Virus record (IMG/VR): IMGVR_UViG_3300012953_000126
Span: 1 to 30,842 of that record
Strand: one strand, 5' to 3'
DNA: 30,842 nt
Origin: a virus
Taxonomy: Duplodnaviria > Caudoviricetes
The position numbers were made by a program, and so were the translations under genes. Shown here piece after piece: positions 1-8,700 of this stretch. The notes under the pieces were generated by a model, which saw only the letters and a program-made list of their open reading frames with translations, made no database searches and was not told the origin of the DNA. Position 1 is the first letter of the stretch. Each line of letters opens with the position of its first letter.

Positions 1-110
1 TCAACTAAATCATCTACCTGATCATCATCGACATTGATCTCTAAAACTGGTGCTCCCAGTTTACGAAGACAATAATCTATTAATCCTTGTTTGGTTGATG
101 GTTTTGCCAT
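1..110 (-). CDS. gp13: T4-like neck protein gp13 (N-terminal fragment, runs off the window)
   Basis: Manual translation from ATG at 110: MAKPSTKQGLIDYCLRKLGAPVLEINVDDDQVDDLV..., matching the characteristic gp13 N-terminus (LxxYCLRxLGAPVLEINVDDDQ). The start overlaps the upstream stop (TAATG). Confidence 0.9.
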   Translation of the reverse strand, partial: MAKPSTKQGLIDYCLRKLGAPVLEINVDDDQVDDLV

Positions 111-286
111 TATTCACTCTTTAAATTTGCTAATTGCTCTAAAAGTTGGTTTTTTTCTTTTTCAAAATCGTTTCTTAGAGTTTGTAATTTTGCCTCTAAT
201 AATACGTTTTGATTTAATGCTGCTGCTAATTTAGAATTATATAAATTGATGAGAACATTAACATCCACTTCACTGTTTTGTTGCAT
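110..286 (-). CDS. 58-aa hypothetical coiled-coil protein (not in ORF track)
   Basis: Manual translation MQQNSEVDVNVLINLYNSKLAAALNQNVLLEAKLQTLRNDFEKEKNQLLEQLANLKSE*. Fills the gap between the fibre-like gene and gp13, has a TAATG overlap with gp13 and a heptad Leu pattern. Confidence 0.85.
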   Translation of the reverse strand: MQQNSEVDVNVLINLYNSKLAAALNQNVLLEAKLQTLRNDFEKEKNQLLEQLANLKSE

Positions 287-289
287 TTT

Positions 290-1990
290 TTAGAAAGTTC
301 CCCCATCTAAGGTCGAAGTCCAATGTGGTTTGTTTGTATATACCACTGTAACAGTATTAGGTACAGATGACAAGTTTTGTATTGCACCACTATTTCCTTC
401 CTTACGTAAATTATTAGCAGTATTGAATGTTCCTTCAACACCAATTAAACTTACAGAAGTAGAACCAGAAACACCAGTCTCGACAACACCAAATGCTCCT
501 GAACTGTCCTGTTTAATTATATCACCAGCAGATGCAGTAATCGCAGAACCAAGAGCAAGTGTATTTTTAGTTATTGCTGTCAATATCTGTTTTGAAGTAG
601 CAACTGGTGTTTGTGGATTATTGGTAGACTGCTGTAAACCTTCGCTATCAAACCAAACTACACCACCTGAGTTAAAGTCTCCTGACTGGTAGTAGATACC
701 TTTAATATCTAGAAATCCTTTTGTACCAGTAACAACACTTGCTGAAATAGATCCATCAGGAACATATGTCCATCTACGACTATTATCTCCGTGTGTTCCG
801 TGATTTCCAGTGCCTTCAGTGCTTGATGCTATTGAACTATCATCAAATCCAAAGAAACCATCTTTAACGTTTGCAGTACCTACACCAACATTATACTTAA
901 ATCCAAGTCCACGGTCAGTATTGGTATCTGTAGCGTGAGTTACTGTTATTTGAGTAGTTGAAGTAATTCCTGCAATTGTTGTTCCTTGGAATGTTAAAGT
1001 CTTTGTGCCAGAGTTAACATTCGTAATTGTTGTAATTCCACTAAGAGAAAAACTAGCATGCTGTAAAGTATCATTGACTGCAATACCTATAATTGAATCC
1101 ACTACAACTGTAGATGCACCAGAACTCACATCTGTCATCACAGTTCTTGTACTGGTGGTATCACCAACAATCATAATCGCATCATTAACTGTTGTTGATG
1201 TAGAGTTAACTGTTGTAGTTGTACCATCAACTTGTAAGTTACCTTTGATGATAACATCACCTTCATTACTCAATCCATCAGGATATGGATCGATGAATAT
1301 CTTATTATCAGCACCTGCAAGAGATGCAATAATATTGCTTTCAATTCTTATATTACCTAAAAGTGAAGATCCTCCACCTGAGATTAAATTACCACCAACA
1401 GTAAGATTTTTTTCAACACCAACACCACCCTCAAATACAGCACCACCTGTATCTTTTGATGTAGATTCAGTTGTATTAGTAAATCTTGTCTGTGCCCCAC
1501 CAATATCTAACCTATTGTTACTATTATCGAATTCAATGGTTGCATCTGCAGATGATGTTCCATTTGTACCTCCACCAAATCCAAGTTTAGTGTCATCAGG
1601 TATCATTACATCACCTGAACCATTTGGATTGAAGATTATATCTCCATCTGTATCTGTAGAGGATAATGTATTTGCATCTAAAGTTAAGTTATCTACATTC
1701 CAAAGATCTATTTTTCTACTACTATCGAGTACTGCTACAATACCACCGTCACTATTTCTTGAGTTAGTTACACCTGCTAAAGCACCTGGTGTATGCTCCA
1801 TCATTGAAGTATAGTAATGACCACCTACTGGATGAACATTTGTACCATCGTCTCCTAAGAATATTCTATCCTTATATTGATTTGTGCCACCAAACTGCCC
1901 AACACCAGTGACATACGCCATTTCACCCCAATTCAAACTAGCAGGTTTGGCTGTACCCGATGATCGTTTGATTCTAATTACACTAGCCAT
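290..1990 (-). CDS. Virion fibre-like / baseplate-associated structural protein (566 aa)
   Basis: N-terminal IRIKRS...LxxGEMAY motif, fibre-type repeats (GGVGVEKNLTVGG; IKGNLQVDGTTTTVNST; DRGLGFKY...GFFGFDD), Gly/Thr/Ser-rich composition and C-terminal LDGGTF. Positioned just upstream of gp13. Confidence 0.75.
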   Translation of the reverse strand: MASVIRIKRSSGTAKPASLNWGEMAYVTGVGQFGGTNQYKDRIFLGDDGTNVHPVGGHYYTSMMEHTPGALAGVTNSRNSDGGIVAVLDSSRKIDLWNVDNLTLDANTLSSTDTDGDIIFNPNGSGDVMIPDDTKLGFGGGTNGTSSADATIEFDNSNNRLDIGGAQTRFTNTTESTSKDTGGAVFEGGVGVEKNLTVGGNLISGGGSSLLGNIRIESNIIASLAGADNKIFIDPYPDGLSNEGDVIIKGNLQVDGTTTTVNSTSTTVNDAIMIVGDTTSTRTVMTDVSSGASTVVVDSIIGIAVNDTLQHASFSLSGITTITNVNSGTKTLTFQGTTIAGITSTTQITVTHATDTNTDRGLGFKYNVGVGTANVKDGFFGFDDSSIASSTEGTGNHGTHGDNSRRWTYVPDGSISASVVTGTKGFLDIKGIYYQSGDFNSGGVVWFDSEGLQQSTNNPQTPVATSKQILTAITKNTLALGSAITASAGDIIKQDSSGAFGVVETGVSGSTSVSLIGVEGTFNTANNLRKEGNSGAIQNLSSVPNTVTVVYTNKPHWTSTLDGGTF

Positions 1991-1991
1991 T

Positions 1992-2222
1992 TCAGAAATT
2001 TCCTCCGTTGATGTCTAAATTCTGTGCTGCACCTGGCGTTAATTCTAAAGTCGCATCAAATTTACTTGTTGCACCATTATATACAAGTACCATACCATTT
2101 TGTAAAGCACCAGTAATGTTCACATCACTCAATTCTGCTAGAGAGAGGGTTTGAGCACCTGCCAGTGATGAAATCACTTTTGTGGCACTTTGTTGTCCTA
2201 CTCTGACTTTTATATCTGCCAT
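1992..2222 (-). CDS. Small putative virion protein (76 aa)
   Basis: ORF directly after a TATAAATA late promoter. Contains a fibre-type LxELSDV...NGxVLVYNGATSKF motif and ends in INGGNF. Confidence 0.8.
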   Translation of the reverse strand: MADIKVRVGQQSATKVISSLAGAQTLSLAELSDVNITGALQNGMVLVYNGATSKFDATLELTPGAAQNLDINGGNF

Positions 2223-2253
2223 CTAAGAAAAATAAGTATTCAGATCTAGAAAG

Positions 2254-2261
2254 TATTTATA
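2254..2261 (-). promoter_or_regulatory. T4-type late promoter TATAAATA
   Basis: Plus strand TATTTATA at 2254-2261 is the exact gp55 late consensus on the minus strand, in the intergenic gap about 30 nt before the ATG at 2222. Confidence 0.85.
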
Positions 2262-2265
2262 TTTA

Positions 2266-2469
2266 CTATGATGTTATCTTTGAAGCAAGATCATTTAACA
2301 TAGATTTAAGAGTTTCAATCTCATCTTTCATAGAATCAATCTCTGCTTTTTTTATATTATTTCTCTTTTTATCTTCAAGATAACTTAGATATGCTTTATT
2401 ATCACAATTGACAATAGCACCCGTGCTTTCATCACGAAAGAGATTTTTGTGTCCTTCTACTGGTATCAT
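2266..2469 (-). CDS. Conserved-looking small phage protein (67 aa) with C-terminal coiled coil
   Basis: MIPVEGHKNLFRDESTGAIVNCD... followed by a helical EIDSMKDEIETLKSMLNDL segment. ATGA overlap with the upstream gene. Confidence 0.8.
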   Translation of the reverse strand: MIPVEGHKNLFRDESTGAIVNCDNKAYLSYLEDKKRNNIKKAEIDSMKDEIETLKSMLNDLASKITS

Positions 2470-2750
2470 GCTTTTTTTACCTTTGCACTTAGTCTTTTAA
2501 GTTTTATGTAATCACCAGGTTTATCAGGGTTTAACTGAGGATTAGATTTTAAGACATCACTGTTAATTTGATCCTTTTTAGCAAGAGGTATAGGAAGGTT
2601 AAAACCAGTTCCCTTTCTGAATTTATCTGAACTTTTTTTAATAGCAGTCAAATCTCTTATTCTACCTGTAATTGCATCATCTACTGTTACAGGTATAGTA
2701 TCATAATTTTTTGGAGTTACTTGCTCCATAAAAGTTTTAAAATTTTTCAT
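2466..2750 (-). CDS. 94-aa basic protein with a T4 capsid-targeting-like N-terminus (possible internal head protein)
   Basis: Starts MKNFKTFMEQ, similar to the T4 internal-protein CTS MKTYQEFIAE. Coupled on both sides (TAATG and ATGA overlaps). Confidence 0.7.
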   Translation of the reverse strand: MKNFKTFMEQVTPKNYDTIPVTVDDAITGRIRDLTAIKKSSDKFRKGTGFNLPIPLAKKDQINSDVLKSNPQLNPDKPGDYIKLKRLSAKVKKA

Positions 2751-5700
2751 TATGCTAGTGCGATTGCTCTGAAATCCTTTAATCGGACTGGGACAGACTC
2801 ATTAGTTGATGTCATAACAATTTTAATCTTGAATCCATTAAATTCCTCTAAATCATCTATTGAGAATTGATATTCAGAAAATTCATCTAGACTATTTGCA
2901 GCAACAAAAGCATCTGGTCTACCATCATTATTTGCTACATCAATAATCTGATTTCCAAATCCATCACCTGTAGTATCATTTAAATTATTATATCCAGGAA
3001 ATGGTCTATATGTCTGTGATACTTCACTAGAATCAAAACTGAATAAACGATAAAATACTCTGAAATCTGCTTCTGGTTGTCTACTAGCTGCTACCAAAAC
3101 CTTAAGTGATGTGGCAGGATTCTTTAATGTTACAAGTTTCGATATGAAAACTGAACCATGTGGATCATTTTTCAATGCTTTAGATTTTTCGTCTAATGCA
3201 TAATTTTCAGCACCGATTGGATTATTAATTTTATTTCTACCTAAAATTAAGGTTGAGTTCTTAACATCTAAAGCAGGAGATAAGTTAGAATCGGTAGATG
3301 ACATATCAACATTTACAGTTAATGATTTATTTTTTGGTAGATTAATTAATCTTTCACTTTCATTTTTAACAGATGCAACTAATCTTGGAGATGGGAAGAA
3401 TGTTGTCTCATTTAGAGTTACTGGTTCAAAACCTTGATCTAAGAAAGAAATTTCACCACCTCCAGAACTTGTACCACTAACTGTTCTAACACTGGCATTA
3501 ACATTTGTTGATTTACCAGGTGTGATTACATTAAATTGAGGAATTATTGAACTGAACTGATGATTTTGCGATACCTGAACATTTTTTCCACCAAATGCTT
3601 TTTCATTTGTAAAACACAGTAAAGCATCTCCTGTTCTATTAGGGGCTAAGTTTGCAATGTCAACTTTTAAGTAATAATTGTCAATATTATCATCAAATGT
3701 TGTAATATCAAACGTTGTGTTAATACCTGCTAAAGAAATACCACCTGCTTCATAAGTCTGTATATCTGAACTAACATCATGTGATACAGGTGTTGTTCCA
3801 AATTGTCCTCTAACAATCGTTAATTTTCCACTTCCAACTGTATACGATACAATTTCACTTCCAATTAAAGCAGAACCAATGGATGTAGTAATACCATTAA
3901 AATTGGCAAATGGTGAAGTATCTGCAATTTCGACAGTTGTTGTATCTGATGCTAATGCTGATGTGGTCTGTACTTTTACAGAATCTGGTTTGACGTTTTT
4001 CACAACAACCTTATTATTTGCACCATGATGAGCGTGATTATATTGAGTAACTTCAAATACATCACCAGTATTCAGTTCTCCATTAACAGTTGATGAACCA
4101 ACTAGTGTATTAGAAATTACTGACTTAGCAGTATTATTACTTGTATATTTTACAAGTTTACGACCATTTGTAAATAGAGATCCTTGAACGTCTGTTAAGA
4201 ATATAGAATCAAAGGTAGTACCAATAGATGCAACAGAGAATCTAAATCCAGCACCTGTGGTTACTTTACTACTTGTATTATCGACAGTTAACACATCGCC
4301 TACCTGATAACCAGTACCAGCAGCATTAATAGCAATAGATGTTACAGCGTCACCTGTTAAAGTTACATCAATTGTTAATCCACTTCCACTACCTGTAATA
4401 TTAGTTGTTGGAACAGCAGTTGTACTACTGAATGCATATCCACTTCCTCCAATAATTACAGTATCACCTGTAACACCCGATCCTTGTCCTTCAATAATAC
4501 CTGTTATGGAAGCATCTTCTGGAACAGTATTATTACTAGCATCTGCTTGTGATATTTTTTGTCCAATTGCTAAATTTGCATTAGTACAATCAGCACCACT
4601 AACATTAACTTTTAATCTTCTTGGTAATGAACGAATTGGATTATCGGGTAGTTTTTGAGTATTTAAATTACCTGCATTAACTGGTGTATTATAGAAAGTA
4701 GCAGTTCCAGAACTTACAAATGATGCTTTGCGTAACTTGAAGCATAAATCTTCATATTGACTTGGAGTCCAAATAGTACCATTTTGTGATTTAAATAAAC
4801 TTCCACCAATATATTGTTTTGATACAACTACATCTTCAACATCAGGTAGTATTGTTGATTTAACAGTTTTTTCACCCATACGAGCAATCCACATCTCATA
4901 CAAGTCTGATGCAGGTGATAATATCACGATTGCATATTCTCTTCTTGGTTCTAGATAAACAGGAGATGAGAAACTAACTGTAGTAGGAACAGATGCATCA
5001 TTAGATATATTAATTTGATTTGGATTTAATGCTATCTGAGTATAATCTTGTACTAGGAATTTTGTTGGTGTACCGAGTTCAACATGTCTAAGTTCTACAA
5101 AAACTTTAGCGTTTGGATCTTTAGAAGCAAAGTATAAATCGAATGATGTAAGGAATGCACCAGTCTCGTCTACAGTAAATGATTGAGCTAATGGATCTCT
5201 ATCAGGTGCCTCAAAGAATTGTGTATCTGACGATGTATTTACATTCACACTCACAGTCACTTCGTTAGGTCTCTGAGGAGGTGCTGGAGGGTTTCTGAGA
5301 CTTACATTCTGATTAGTTTGTGTAATGACAACCCCAGTGCCTGTAAACACCCCTGAAGCGTCACTAGCAAGTGCTGTAGAACCAGGTAATACAACTGTTC
5401 CTTCAGAGGCAGCAGTTACTTTAAATGTCTTTGTACCAGATCTAAAAGTGACTGGTGGTCTAGGAACTGCATTAGCATTTCTAAAGAAGAATGTACCAAT
5501 TAAATCACCCCAATTATCAGATACTAAGTCTATATTAGTGATTCTTGCAACCGCACCACTAGTTTCACCAACTACTAATGCACCTACAACTGTATACCCA
5601 AAATATTGTTCATCATTTGCTAATGCACTTACGTCAATATTAAGTAATTTTGACGTTGCAGAATATGTTGTTGATGGTGCTGGTCTTGAAGAATCAAAAG

Positions 5701-8700
5701 GATCAACTGTATAATCTTCAACAGTAACAGATGGTGATCCTAATCCTGCACCAACATCTGGTCTTGTATTATCACCAAACTTATGATTTGGTCTCTGAAC
5801 TCTTACATAACCTATTACTGGATCATCACCCAAACTTACTAATTCTATTCTTGCATTCTCAAATATAGTGAATGAACCAGAAACCATTTCAATTTCAATT
5901 AATTTTGGAACAATATCAGGTGATGCACTATCAAGGTAATGGAAATGTTTTGTAGCAGGTTTAAGACCACTTGCTGCAAAGAACACATTTCGAGATCTCA
6001 TGAAAGGATCTGCTTCACTATCAATTTTTGTACTCTCAATGTAATCTCTTTCTTCACTTGGTCCTTGTAAGACGTTTGTAAAACTTCTTTCAGTCCTTTG
6101 TGTTGTAGTAACAGTAGTTGTAGTGACTAATTGAGCACTTTCATCTGGAAATTCTGTGCGTTGTCGTTGACGATCAACAGCTCTATCAGATGTTTGTGAA
6201 ACAATATTTGCTTGCTCAACCCAAGTAGCACCTGTTGATTCAACTCTGTGGTTATCAATATAAATTGTTCTTGCCCAGTTGTCTGATGGTGGGTCTAAAA
6301 TAACTGCTCCAGCAAATGTAATAACATTGAATGGGTTTACATTCTCTACTCTTGTTGCTTGTGGTTGGTCTATCCAATCAATTTCAGTATAATCAAGAGT
6401 AATTAAATCACCTGTTTTTCTGCAATTTGTATCTAGTAATTGTAAATTGGAGTTTAAGTCAGCAGATGCAGGGTCAATATTTGGATTTAGTGCCAATTCT
6501 GCTTTCATTGACCAGAAATCAACTGCACTTATTAATTCTCTATTAACTACATCAACATCACATCTAGAACCTCCATTAAGACTAAAATCAATAAAACTTC
6601 TATTTTTAAAGTTATTAACTACAAAACCTGTTTTGAATCTATTAAGACCATCAGCATCTTTAACCTCTAATGTTTTAGTATCTAATTCTAAAGCACTTAG
6701 AGATGTCATTTCCTCTAAATTCTCAATTCTTTTCTCTAAAGCACCAATGTCTCTCATCGTAAAACGACGATTATCAAACATTCTTATTCTAGGACCTCTA
6801 ACAGTATCATACAAATATGGAGGTAATGTAATCTGGGCAATCTCCATTGAATTACCAACCTCTGTAGGAGGTGCAGGATCTTCAGATGATACTCCTTTGA
6901 TTAATTTAACTTGTTCAAACTCATTGATAACAAGTTTGTCAATACGTGGTAGATAAAAACTATATCCAATTATAGAACTTTCGTCAGGTGTAATTATAAA
7001 TGGATTTGTTTCCTCAAATTCACGATTAGAAAATGCAAAAGGTGAACTAGTAGTTCCAGTAAACGGTTTAACTCTTGGTCTTAAATCTAAAATATCAGTT
7101 GCTCTATCATTTGATATAAATGGTATATCATTTGCATATCTATCAGAAGTGAATGAATTGACTGTAAATAAATCACCTTTATTTCCTGATGGTACTAGAT
7201 AATGGTCAAATATGACTAATAATCTTTTTGCAGGAATAGCAGACTTTTCTTTTCTTACAATCTTTGAATAGTCTGATATTTGTCTCGTATGCCCATCATC
7301 TAATAGATAATTATCAGTTCTATCAATATAGTTTCCATTTATAAGTTGTTGTATATTTGCAGTAATAGATGATTCCTTAAAGATTACGGATTCATTTTCA
7401 ATAAATCTATTTGCATTTAAATAAACAAAACCTACCGCATTAGAACTTGTCTCAATAATTTGTCCAATAGCTCTACTTTCTTGTCCAACAATTTTTTCAC
7501 CTATTATTGCTGCTGTATCTAAACTTAAACCAGATACAAATACTAAATTGTCGAATACTGGTTTGACTAAAGTTTTCGATTCATATATTGCAATAATTTT
7601 ATTGACATCAGGATAGTTAAGAGAAATTTCTTCATCTTCGACCCTTAATCCGTAAGCATTACTCTGAGTCAAATTACCGTTTGTTGATATACCAACTGTT
7701 CTTGTTACCTCAAGTTGTGTACTTCTAACATAATTTTTTGATTTACTGGTAACTCCAATCTTTTTAAGAGTTACATTAACTGTACAAGGAGTGCTATTAT
7801 TTGTTAACCCAGAAAATGCTATATCATTTCCATCATTCGTTATTGTAACTTTATCAGATGATAGGGGTTCAACAGAACCATCATTATAAGTTAATGTATA
7901 TTTTTCAGCATCAAATGGCTCAAAAAATGCACTTGTAATTCCCGCATTTGCATTTAAAGCATCACTTGATGCAAGTGATAATGTGCCAGAACCACTAGTA
8001 GATTTACCTGTTATTTGAGTGGTAATTACTAAATTGGAATTAGAAGAATTTAAATTTGATATATTTTTTCTAGGTAATCTGGAATATAAACCAGCATCAT
8101 TTGCATTTGATATTAATGGAACTCTTACTCTGAATACGCCAGTTGTCGTACCAGTACCTATAATAGCACCATTATTAACACCTGTAATACTATTAACTGC
8201 AGTTAATGTTAATGTCTTACCATCATTGCTTATACCACTAATTCTATTAAATACAGGTTCTGTAAAATTACCAGCAGAATATGAAATGACTGCATCTGTT
8301 GTAATTCCAACTTTTCCTGCAAAATTGCGTCCTGGTATTGTACCAGCATTAGTAGTTCCTGCAGATTTAGTCACATTTAATTGATCTGCTGGAGAAAATC
8401 CAGGAAGAACACGATCATAAAGAACTGAATCTGCTTTAAAAATTGTAGGTATACTACCTCCAGTAATTGTAGCGGAGTCTTGATAAACTGATTTAATATC
8501 AAATGTGCTATATGCATTAATTTTTATAATAGATGATTTAGCATCAGTTGTTTTTTCATTGTATATTAATTGTTCTCCAACAATAAATGTACCTGTGGTT
8601 GTTGATATATTGATTTCATCTGCAGCAGTTGTTGCTGAAACTTCTGCCAAATATCCTATAGCACCACTAGATAATCCTCTAACTCTAGTTCCTTTTGGTT

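Noticed and set aside
1988-1997. Possible +1 frameshift fusing the 76-aa and 566-aa genes (TTC TGA A ATG)
   Set aside because: tRNA-Phe could not re-pair well on TCT and no stimulatory element is visible. One-base spacing also occurs at the gp25/gp6 and gp8/vrlC junctions.
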